From Escherichia coli (lineage in GTDB: Bacteria > Pseudomonadota > Gammaproteobacteria > Enterobacterales > Enterobacteriaceae), in NCBI RefSeq assembly GCF_003991155.1, contig NZ_CP031293.1: a stretch of 64,000 nt of DNA; one strand, given 5' to 3'. Each line of letters begins with the position of its first letter. Position 1 is the first letter of the stretch. The notes under the pieces were generated by a model that saw only the letters and a list, made by a program, of their open reading frames with translations, had not been told where the DNA came from and searched no databases. Shown in pieces: positions 43,689-52,065 of this stretch. Position numbers and translations under genes: made by a program.

Positions 43689-44015
43689 TTACTCCTTAGA
43701 GCCACCAAACTTGTTACCGATTACTCTCATTGCAGCCCCACGAATAGCATCAACACCGATCAGCCCCACCCCACCACCAATGGCAACAGATAGTGATTTA
43801 GGCCATCCGACATACTCAAGAGCGGATGCAAAAGTCAGCGTCAGAGCGCCACAGAGTAGAATTTCGAGTGTTTTTCGCTTCCAGCCGCCACCACCGCCAA
43901 AATAGGCAATACGTAAACCAGCCATAACAATCGACATAATCACTGCGCCCAGCGGTGTGTCTCCACGCCACCAGCTCTGGACCAACTCCAGCCATGTATT
44001 TGGGTTATGAGGCAT
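43689..44015 (-). CDS. Holin, non-lambda type (about three TM segments, HP1/holin-3-like)
   Basis: 108 aa directly upstream of R. Hydrophobic segments GAVIMSIVMAGLRIAYF, ILLCGALTLTFASAL and AIGGGVGLIGV. No similarity to lambda S. Confidence 0.75.
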   Translation of the reverse strand: MPHNPNTWLELVQSWWRGDTPLGAVIMSIVMAGLRIAYFGGGGGWKRKTLEILLCGALTLTFASALEYVGWPKSLSVAIGGGVGLIGVDAIRGAAMRVIGNKFGGSKE

Positions 44016-44154
44016 TTGTAGTTATCTCTCACCTCGCTGATACAGCAGGTGCAAATTGAGGAAACATCATGTACCGCAAATCAGAAGCGGAAACGTCAAA
44101 GAAGCCGAGTCAATGGATAACTGCGGGATAGGCTAGGACCAAGGAATCCCCAGA

Positions 44155-44189
44155 CCCAGAAACGACAAAACCCGCTCGATGGCGGGTTT
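44155..44189 (-). terminator. tR-prime-like intrinsic terminator upstream of the holin
   Basis: Minus strand reads AAACCCGC-CATCGA-GCGGGTTT followed by TGTCGTTTC. On the plus strand there is no T-run. Confidence 0.5.
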
Positions 44190-44306
44190 AAGCTGTGTGG
44201 CGAAGTGAGCACACTTAACAGATTACGATATTTTTTGCGTACGCGTTAGTGTTTTGATAGAATTTTCAGCCACATAAAAATTCATTCTTATAATTCGGGA
44301 TATATA

Positions 44307-45481
44307 ATGGATATAACTTGTTTAGAATGTGGCAATGTTCTTGACGACCCAACTGTAGCTTGCGATAAATGCGGTGCCACGCCTCATGTTGTAGTGCTGG
44401 GCAAACAATCGTACTTTCCTATTGGTGCTGTAACAGCAAATCTTGAAAAAAATGATTCAAGAGCATTTGATTATCGATTAGGTGAAGTTTGGGATCTAAA
44501 AAATGAAGTCACATCTGAATTCATAACCAGAATTGAGAAAAAATTTAGCCGAAAAAACAAATTTCATAACTTCCTAGACTCAGATCACAACCCTTCATCC
44601 ATTCCTACGATCCTAAAAAAATACATTAATAAGAATAATGAATTCATTGATTTATCTAGAGCTATAATAGAGAAGCTTAAACATAATGCTAATAACGAAT
44701 CGAGAGTTGCCCAACTTCAGGGGGGGAGCGTTGTTTTCATCCACTATAAGTCTACCGAACCAGAGGATTTGGGGAAACTTCTAATCGTAATGGTTGATAA
44801 ACAAAGCGCCTATGACTTTGATTCGGATAAGTTGACCCCAACAAGATTAAATCCAATTAATACCGATGCCTTACGGCAGGCTGCGATGTTCGATTTAACT
44901 TTATTCGAAGCCAGTTATCCAGAAAACAAGGGTGACTCATATGTACATTTCTTGCAAGGTAAATCTAAAAGCGATTTTTTCAAAGACTCATTAGGTTGCC
45001 GACATGATTCGGACAATAAAAGAAGCATTCAGCAATTATTCAGTGCTATAGATATTTTTGCTAGTAAAAACTCACTCGGTCGTGTACTGCGTGATACTAT
45101 TGACAATGAAGTTAAATCCTTACTGGAAAAAAATCAAAAGATAAACACGGAAATAAGTCCGTTAAGATAGAGGATATTTCAAAAATAATTGACTCATGCC
45201 TGACTGATTCACACAAATGTAAGGGAACGTTTGTCGATTTTGTTAATCTTAATGGTTTCCAGATTGACCCTCAATTTGAACCAACTCCTAAAGCAGCTGA
45301 AAGCGCGCTTACAATTGAAGTGGCAGATAACGACAATAATTTTAAGTTGAAAATAATGCGTGGAGCTATTGGAGACGAAAAGTCAAATAAGCCTGTAATT
45401 CTCACTGACAACAAATGCGAAATTGTGATAAAATTGAGTCAGGCAAATTATGATGAACTCAAAAGATATAGAGACAGCTAA
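44307..45481 (+). pseudogene. Zn-ribbon plus YejK/NdpA-like (NA37) nucleoid-associated-type protein, split by a frameshift at an A7 tract
   Basis: The first frame (44307-45170) has CLECG...CDKCG, GGSVVFIHYK, LLIVMVDK and HFLQGKSKSDFFKDSLGC. The -1 frame is open from 45116 to 45478 and carries the family-like C-terminus (...CEIVIKLSQANYDEL). Confidence 0.6.
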
Positions 45482-45483
45482 TA

Positions 45484-46698
45484 ATGACAATTGCTGATGA
45501 CTTATCAAGATTAGCGCAGATTATTAACGGAGCCTCAAGCAGAGTTGAGGGCTACTACACTGTCATAAGTCTTGAAGAAAGCATTGTTATTGTAAATAGT
45601 TCTGAAATAATTAGACTGTTACAATCTATAGGTTATAAAAAGGCAACAACCTGCATCGAAAATAATGAAATTTGGCTAGATCGCCAAGCTTCATCTTGGG
45701 ATGATGCTATAATTTATGAGAATGTTGAGTCTTTTTGGTCTAGAGTAAACACCCAAAACGCTCTTCCGAAAAATTATATCATCGGAACGCCGTTAATACT
45801 CCCTACTTCTAAGAATGAAAGCATCGAAAAAATCCATATTTTCTTTATGTGGAAAGATATCCTTTCATTAATTGCTGATCATCATAACAGTGACTGCTCT
45901 GTCTTATTTTTCACCAATGAAGACAAAAGTTATACAGTCGAACTCACGCATTTTTTACAATATAGCGAGATTAATCGCTTATCGAACTCGTCTCTTAAAT
46001 ATGAAATTATAAAGGAGCTTCTCGACACAATAAAAATCAATGATTTACACAAAAGCGAGCGCAAGCTCGTTATACGCTCAGCCATAAACGAAGTATTTAA
46101 AGCAAATGGTACGTTCAATTTCTTTGACTTGCTTAACTCTACTGAACTCGTCAGGAAAAAATATGATGAACTATATGAGATTTACACAAAGAGGTTTTCT
46201 GTAAATAAAATTCTTAACGAACTCGATGAGAAAAATCTTGAGTTCACGAGTAAAATTAACGAATTCATATCATCTAATCAGACAAAAGCATTGACTATTC
46301 CCGGTGCATTAATAGCAGCTGGTGGCTTAGTGAAGGCTAATGAAACAACCGAAGCAATATTGATTATCGCAGGACTTTGGATGATAAAAAAAGTCAATTA
46401 CATTTCTATTGAGATATTCAATGAAACATTCGACAACTTACGTTCTCGAGTGGAGTCCGCTTTCGATAAGTATTTAAAGTTTGAAGAAAATAAAGAAATC
46501 AAAGATAATGCAGATAGTATTAAGAGTAGCATTACAGGTTTGATTGATAAAGCTAAAAAAAGGATGAGAACTGTTAAATATCTCGCATCAGCCATGTTTT
46601 ATGGAGGCCTTATTTACGTTGGATATAAACAGTTCCCAGTCTTTTTTGAAAAATCGGCAGTAAATCTATTTTATTTTTTATGCCATACTATAAGCTAA
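45484..46698 (+). CDS. 404-aa protein of unknown function with C-terminal transmembrane helices
   Basis: The ATG is 2 nt after the upstream stop. Hydrophobic ALTIPGALIAAGGLV, AILIIAGLWMI and YLASAMFYGGLIYVGY. Very AT-rich. No recognised domain. Confidence 0.6.
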   Translation: MTIADDLSRLAQIINGASSRVEGYYTVISLEESIVIVNSSEIIRLLQSIGYKKATTCIENNEIWLDRQASSWDDAIIYENVESFWSRVNTQNALPKNYIIGTPLILPTSKNESIEKIHIFFMWKDILSLIADHHNSDCSVLFFTNEDKSYTVELTHFLQYSEINRLSNSSLKYEIIKELLDTIKINDLHKSERKLVIRSAINEVFKANGTFNFFDLLNSTELVRKKYDELYEIYTKRFSVNKILNELDEKNLEFTSKINEFISSNQTKALTIPGALIAAGGLVKANETTEAILIIAGLWMIKKVNYISIEIFNETFDNLRSRVESAFDKYLKFEENKEIKDNADSIKSSITGLIDKAKKRMRTVKYLASAMFYGGLIYVGYKQFPVFFEKSAVNLFYFLCHTIS

Positions 46699-47034
46699 CA
46701 TTGCTAAACAGCCGTCAACAAACCCCATTGCAGTTTGCAGTTCCTTCCTAATTGTGCCATCAGAGCATTTTCTCTTCTTCGCAATAGTGCGTAATGAGAT
46801 ACCGATAACAAAGTGGGCGATGATGAGCTCATATTCCTCTGGTTTATACCTTCTCAACCGAGCCACACAACTGTCTATCATGATGCCTTCGTCATCATCA
46901 CACTGAATCCGTGACTTTTTGCCATGAGGTAAAAGTCCCTTGAAACCAGCCGCTATCGGCTGCCAGTCCACTCCGCTATTGTCTGAAGCAGCCCAAGCTC
47001 CCCAACGATCCATTACTTCATACATATCACGCAT
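46678..47034 (-). CDS. quuD: Late antiterminator Q (DLP12 QuuD / phage 82-21 type)
   Basis: Trimmed to MRDMYEVMDRWGAWAASDNSGVDWQPIAAGFKGLL, giving 118 aa. Gene order rusA-ylcG-Q, as in DLP12. Confidence 0.8.
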   Translation of the reverse strand: MRDMYEVMDRWGAWAASDNSGVDWQPIAAGFKGLLPHGKKSRIQCDDDEGIMIDSCVARLRRYKPEEYELIIAHFVIGISLRTIAKKRKCSDGTIRKELQTAMGFVDGCLAMLAYSMA

Positions 47035-47118
47035 CAACTTTCTCCACAAAATCAGGCCAGAACGCCAATTACAAGCAAAAATCAACAAAACAGTATTAGT
47101 TGATTGTTATCTCTGACT

Positions 47119-47259
47119 TCATACTCCTGCTCCTGTCAGGGTTTTGGCGTAATTCTTCAGTATTCGGTAATCGGTCAAAACAGAACCGGGGAAACGATAT
47201 AAGCGCAGACGCCCCCAGCGGTGGCGAAGAAATTCTGCCATATTAAACTCAAACATCAT
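47119..47259 (-). CDS. ylcG: YlcG-like small protein
   Basis: 46 aa, read by hand: [46 protein letters not shown]. Its ATG overlaps the rusA stop (ATGA). Confidence 0.7.
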   Translation of the reverse strand: MMFEFNMAEFLRHRWGRLRLYRFPGSVLTDYRILKNYAKTLTGAGV

Positions 47260-47618
47260 TCATTCCCCATTTCGGTGATGGTCAGTTCCAGCCTCCCACC
47301 TTTGGTAACAGGCATCTTCACAACGCGGTAATCAACGACCTGAGCATCATCCAGCCAGAAACCTGCTTTAGTGAGTGCGTCAAAAGCGGCTTTTTGCAGA
47401 TTATCCAGGTCACGGCGACGGCGATCCGGCATGTGGCACTCAATGCGGATTTTCACAGGCATAGCTAGGCCGATATCCAGCATTGCGTTTTTAATGATTC
47501 GGGCGACGTTATCGCGGTATGCCTGCCCCTCTGCGCTGACGTGCGTGCGCCCGCGATTATGGCGGTAATAGCGATTATTGCTCGGAGGCCAGGGTAATGT
47601 GATACTGTAGGTATTCAC
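47256..47618 (-). CDS. rusA: RusA Holliday-junction resolvase
   Basis: 120 aa, [36 protein letters not shown]...[13 protein letters not shown]. Confidence 0.95.
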   Translation of the reverse strand: MNTYSITLPWPPSNNRYYRHNRGRTHVSAEGQAYRDNVARIIKNAMLDIGLAMPVKIRIECHMPDRRRRDLDNLQKAAFDALTKAGFWLDDAQVVDYRVVKMPVTKGGRLELTITEMGNE

Positions 47619-47905
47619 GCCTTAATAACCCCCTCTTTCAGCCAGATAACCTGTGTTCTCGCCATACCTTCCAGCGCGCATTCTTTTGCATATGCAGCAT
47701 CGACAAAATGTGTGCGGCGGTCGATTTCGTCGTGGCAGGCAGAACATGCAATGGTGGCAATCAGGTCTGGCGGTTTGATACCGGTACCGCACAATCCAGC
47801 CAGCCGGATATGTGCCAGTACAGACGTTTCAGAATTGCCATTACATACGCCAGGGATTCTTACCTGGCATTCCCGACCACGCGCTGCTTTTCTCAAATCA
47901 GCCAT
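47615..47905 (-). CDS. ybcO: YbcO (DUF1364 nin-region putative nuclease)
   Basis: Trimmed to [34 protein letters not shown], giving 96 aa. Confidence 0.85.
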   Translation of the reverse strand: MADLRKAARGRECQVRIPGVCNGNSETSVLAHIRLAGLCGTGIKPPDLIATIACSACHDEIDRRTHFVDAAYAKECALEGMARTQVIWLKEGVIKA

Positions 47906-48068
47906 GATTCCTCCTTGCTGCCAGTCGCAACCATTTTTTATCAACCAGGCTAGCGGTATATCCGAGCAGTGTTGGTATTTCGGATGGCTTCGGCTCAGGC
48001 TTACGCTTACGACGATTTGATACTCTGTAGATGTGTCCGTTCATGACACGAATAAGCGGTGTAGCCAT
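47898..48068 (-). CDS. ninE: NinE
   Basis: 56 aa, read by hand: [56 protein letters not shown]. Overlaps the ybcN stop and the ybcO start. Confidence 0.85.
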   Translation of the reverse strand: MATPLIRVMNGHIYRVSNRRKRKPEPKPSEIPTLLGYTASLVDKKWLRLAARRNHG

Positions 48069-48523
48069 TACGCCTCCTGCTTGTCACGGAGCAGCTGGAA
48101 CTCGCAGCTCTGCGGAATAGTCAGGTGGCAGCCAATATTCACCGCCCAGGCTTCAACCTTACACAGGAAGACATACATCTCTCCGGTATCAAGATCGGAG
48201 GTATGGCGTAACGACTGGATAGTGGTGATATCACCGGTTACGACATCAACCAGGTCTTTGGTTTCATAACCGAGATATGTGTGTTTGAGAGCATCTTTTA
48301 CCCAAGCTGGAGTGGCGAACGTTTTACCCCTGTTGATGAGGTATTCACTGATTTCGCTGTACCACATGTGGCTGAGTGCATTCTGGGAAAGACTGCGTTT
48401 CTCACGCCACGGTTTAAGCACCATGCGAAAGCATTTGCCCTCCTCCAGATAAGGCTGGATCTGCCGACCGATAGCGGTGAAGTTACCGCGATGTAATTTG
48501 ATGCCATCTTGTGGGAGATTCAC
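48068..48523 (-). CDS. ybcN: YbcN (NinB-family DNA-binding recombination protein)
   Basis: 151 aa with a GTG start, [50 protein letters not shown].... Confidence 0.9.
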   Translation of the reverse strand: MNLPQDGIKLHRGNFTAIGRQIQPYLEEGKCFRMVLKPWREKRSLSQNALSHMWYSEISEYLINRGKTFATPAWVKDALKHTYLGYETKDLVDVVTGDITTIQSLRHTSDLDTGEMYVFLCKVEAWAVNIGCHLTIPQSCEFQLLRDKQEA

Positions 48524-48621
48524 GCTTCACCTCCGCAGAGGTCAAACGCTGGATGCAAAAAATCGCAGGTGCATCTCTGCATCTGTGAAGGGAGAAGAGA
48601 GTTTGGATTGTATGTGCGCAT
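48520..48621 (-). CDS. ylcH: YlcH-like 33-aa peptide
   Basis: Read by hand: [33 protein letters not shown]. Its stop overlaps the ybcN GTG (GTGA). Confidence 0.6.
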   Translation of the reverse strand: MRTYNPNSLLPSQMQRCTCDFLHPAFDLCGGEA

Positions 48622-48719
48622 AAACGTCCCCGTTTAGCGCAGAAGTCACCGGAGTTGTTCAGGCTCCGATGACATGATTATGGCAAAATGATTATGTAAA
48701 ATCAAAAGCCAAAAAACAA

Positions 48720-49649
48720 TTATGGTTTATTTTCTAGCTCTGATTTTTTGAAAGCTTCTATCAGACGATTAGCATCTTCTGTACCACCAGGAAGCACGTT
48801 TGATTTTTTAAGAATATACGGTGGGAACTTTGTGGTTAAATATTCATGCTTAAACCATCTACGAAACTCTGACAATGCAGAATCAGGATAGGCATTAATG
48901 ATCTGAGGATTGGAACTTGCCTGAAGAAAATCTTCAGGGTAATAATGCTCACAGTCTACTCTTTCTCCAAATTCTGTTGCTAACCCCTTTGCTTTCCAGT
49001 GACGCGCCCAGCAAGAACCAACACTGCCATCAGGTACGGTATGCTGATTAATCGCTAATCCAGCATTGATGAGATCTACCATCATACCTGCAATTTCATT
49101 AAATATAATGAAATACCCATCAGGTATGGTTCCCTTATCTTTTAATAAAGATACTCTGTCATGGTAATGCCTCCACGGGTCCTCCGGTTGATATTTTAGC
49201 GCCTCGTATATAAATGTCTTGAGGCCTTTTTTAGCAAGCTCTCTGTAAGATCTAATTGCAGTCTCACTTTCTGCTTGTTTTGCTTCAAAGGCATAGTATT
49301 CAAGTATAGCCATGCATACAACATCTGGATAAGCATGGTACTCAACACCATTTCGAATTATTGGTATATAAAGTTTTTCATCTGTAAAACCTTCATTAAG
49401 AAGATATGTACCAATAAAAGTCATTCTTCCTTTTTTGAAAATACCGTTCTCAACAGATTGAGCCCACTCATCGGTAATTTCCTTGATTCGCAAACGCTGA
49501 ACACCACAAACATTTGCCAACCCATTCTGAGTAAGGTACGGAATTCCGTTATCGAGTACCCCCATTTCTATACCGTTAATGACAGCCTCTTGCTTAACAT
49601 CTAAGTCTAAAGGTATGGATCTGAGGGAGGTAGTTCTCTGTTGTGCCAT
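48720..49649 (-). CDS. 309-aa protein of unknown function (weak by-eye resemblance of the N-terminal half to P63C-type phage proteins)
   Basis: The ATG at 49649 has an AGGA SD. The track start at 49664 is TTG. AT-rich. Contains motifs HAYPDVVCMAILEYYAFEAK and KTFIYEALKYQ. Confidence 0.5.
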   Translation of the reverse strand: MAQQRTTSLRSIPLDLDVKQEAVINGIEMGVLDNGIPYLTQNGLANVCGVQRLRIKEITDEWAQSVENGIFKKGRMTFIGTYLLNEGFTDEKLYIPIIRNGVEYHAYPDVVCMAILEYYAFEAKQAESETAIRSYRELAKKGLKTFIYEALKYQPEDPWRHYHDRVSLLKDKGTIPDGYFIIFNEIAGMMVDLINAGLAINQHTVPDGSVGSCWARHWKAKGLATEFGERVDCEHYYPEDFLQASSNPQIINAYPDSALSEFRRWFKHEYLTTKFPPYILKKSNVLPGGTEDANRLIEAFKKSELENKP

Positions 49650-49853
49650 TTTTGATCCTATCAATTTGAATTCATTGAAAAAATTAGGTGTTCCCTATGC
49701 ATTAGAACACTCATCATAGTAACCCCACTCGTTTGTGAAAAAAACTAATTTCACAATCAGTTAACTCTCAAAATAACTGATATTCATACTCTCGCTATCC
49801 CATATATAGACATCCTTGTTTTAATACAACACTCATGGCTGGCGGCTATACTC

Positions 49854-50171
49854 CTAACAGATTTGACGCAAATACGGCAATACTCGACTCCACTTATCAT
49901 CCTGCCACGGCTGAAGTTTTACATGTGCCGTTTCTCGGACGAGGATTGCTCGCGCTCTGTTGAGTATCTGGGGATATTCTTGCTCGATGGAAGTGAAGTG
50001 ACCAGCTTCACCATGCTCCGCATCCTGAAGAAGATGAGTAACGTTCTGGTAGGCAATTAACATCACATTCCCTGCTCGCCATAACCAGGCGAGTGTGCAA
50101 AGTTCGTTATCAGTGAATTGTTTTGTGATTGGGGATTGTTGAACTGCTAGAACGAGAACGCCAGCATCCAT
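49854..50171 (-). CDS. 105-aa hypothetical protein
   Basis: Intact ORF between the ybcK-like gene and the 309-aa gene. No recognised motif. Confidence 0.4.
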   Translation of the reverse strand: MDAGVLVLAVQQSPITKQFTDNELCTLAWLWRAGNVMLIAYQNVTHLLQDAEHGEAGHFTSIEQEYPQILNRARAILVRETAHVKLQPWQDDKWSRVLPYLRQIC

Positions 50172-50282
50172 TGGCAGTCCCTATAGTAAAACCATAGCTC
50201 AGGACGCTTCGTTCAGGATAGATAATTTTATTGTACTTACCTAACTTTCTTACTATAGCACGGTTGAAAAAGTGATTATTAC

Positions 50283-51809
50283 TCAAAAATAAACCTCACC
50301 ATCAACCATATATTTGAGAGTACTTATCGCCTGCTGGGCGGATATTGTTTTCATTAAAGGATAGTGTTTAAAAACAATGCCATTCATAAAATAGATATCA
50401 CAGGTTTTATTATCTGTATTGATTATGATTTTTTCGAATGTTTTATAGGCAAGTGTACGACATAGCTCTCGCCCATTTTTACTGGTTAAGTCAATAGCAT
50501 GAAAATCACCAAGTGAGCTCACCGCTTTACTCTTCAAAGTTTTTAATGATACAGAAGCCCTTCGTAATTCCTTATCTAATACTCTGATTTTTTCTGCTAT
50601 AGCGGTAACTTCAGGCGCAACAGATAATGCAGCAATTAAATTATTAATTTTCATCTGGAGCTCAATAATTTTCAACTCTAAAGTTTCATTAGCATCTTTC
50701 TTGTTTTCAACTGGTTGGATTTTACTACAATTAAAAAGCAACTCATTAATGATATTATAATCAACCAAATCTCTCTTTATTGATGGCCTGTCACATCGAT
50801 GCAGTCTTCTCATCGGACAAACATAATAGCCATGCAAACTTCCAGATACCGCATGAACAATCATGGTATTACCACAAGCCTCGCACTTCATAACTGTTCG
50901 AAGTAGATTTATCAACATAGGATTTTTGCTACTATTGCTAATACCAAAAGGTGCCAACCGAATTTCCTGCACAGCGTAAAACAAATCATCTGATATGACT
51001 CTGGGATAATAGCCAGCGATTTCACTTATTCCTTTACCTCTTGCACGATATGAAGGTACGCATATACCTATCAGAGCTTTATTCGCTAATAATTTTTCAA
51101 TTACAGAAGGTCCCCATGCACTTTCTTTTCCTGAGAAATTCTTTACAGCATGATCATTTAAATACTTGGCTATTGCATTCAATGAGCGCCTTTCCATCCT
51201 GAGTTTAAAAATTAGCTCAATAGTTTTCACCCTGTCGGGGTCTGGAACAAAAGCCGTTCTTTTGTCATCTAAGGAGAGCCATCTCGGACAAGACGCCGTC
51301 ATAATCGTGCCTGACTCCAGTGCATCCTGCCGTTTTTTCTTCCATGATAATTTAACCCGACTTGACTTTATCTCGCTTTCTTCATTTGCCCTTTGTGCTA
51401 TAAGTATGGCTTTTATTAATGAATATGGATCATTCAAAGAGTCAATATTATAGACTGTATTATCGCAAAGAGTTATAACATCAATACCGTGATTCAAAAT
51501 CAATTTCAGACGCTCAATCGCTTCACCGACTTTTTCTCTTGAAAGTCTGTCCAGACTTTCAACTAACAATGTAGTTCCTGGCAATATATAACCATGCTCT
51601 ATAGCATCTAAAAATTCCGAAAAAGCTCCTGATTGTGCATGCTTTCCTTTGAATGCACTTAATCCTAAATCTTCATATGTTATGGTATCAAGATAATAAT
51701 CACTATTTACCTTTAACCATTCAGCAATAAGTCTTCTCTGTCGGTTTAATGAGTCGCCAGACATCTGACCTGGTGATGAAAATCGCATATATGCTATGGC
51801 TTTTTTCAT
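50283..51809 (-). CDS. ybcK: Large serine recombinase (YbcK-like)
   Basis: 508 aa with resolvase N-domain AIAYMRFSSPGQ...LLVESLDRLSR. Recombinase domain, Zn-ribbon CEACGN...YYVCP...HRCD, and a coiled coil. Confidence 0.85.
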   Translation of the reverse strand: MKKAIAYMRFSSPGQMSGDSLNRQRRLIAEWLKVNSDYYLDTITYEDLGLSAFKGKHAQSGAFSEFLDAIEHGYILPGTTLLVESLDRLSREKVGEAIERLKLILNHGIDVITLCDNTVYNIDSLNDPYSLIKAILIAQRANEESEIKSSRVKLSWKKKRQDALESGTIMTASCPRWLSLDDKRTAFVPDPDRVKTIELIFKLRMERRSLNAIAKYLNDHAVKNFSGKESAWGPSVIEKLLANKALIGICVPSYRARGKGISEIAGYYPRVISDDLFYAVQEIRLAPFGISNSSKNPMLINLLRTVMKCEACGNTMIVHAVSGSLHGYYVCPMRRLHRCDRPSIKRDLVDYNIINELLFNCSKIQPVENKKDANETLELKIIELQMKINNLIAALSVAPEVTAIAEKIRVLDKELRRASVSLKTLKSKAVSSLGDFHAIDLTSKNGRELCRTLAYKTFEKIIINTDNKTCDIYFMNGIVFKHYPLMKTISAQQAISTLKYMVDGEVYF

Positions 51810-51990
51810 GGTGACACCTGCTAACGTATGCTTTTATAAACCTTAGTGGTGAGATATAATTTTTGTTTAATTTTTATTTAAAAAGACAATTAAGGTCACA
51901 TTATCTTGAATATACAACAATAATCGTATTGCAATTTTCTTACGCCATAATCTTGAAAGCACAAAAGAATACATAAAAAAATAAAGACAT

Positions 51991-52034
51991 TAACAAAAAG
52001 CATAAAACGAGGCTCATATAAATATAAGAGCCTC
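51991..52034 (-). terminator. Rho-independent terminator after emrE
   Basis: Minus strand has stem GAGGCTC/GAGCCTC (52009-52034) followed by GTTTTATGCTTTTTGTT. Confidence 0.55.
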
Positions 52035-52065
52035 CATATTTTAGTCGTTTAGAAACAAATTATTT

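Noticed and set aside
50181-50258. A 9-bp inverted repeat CTATAGTAA ... TTACTATAG flanking 60 bp between the serine recombinase gene and the 105-aa gene. It was considered as an invertible promoter switch.
   Set aside because: By rough expectation, a 9-bp inverted repeat within 100 bp should occur many times by chance in 64 kb of partly AT-rich DNA. The 60-bp interval is shorter than known invertible segments, and there is no supporting second feature.
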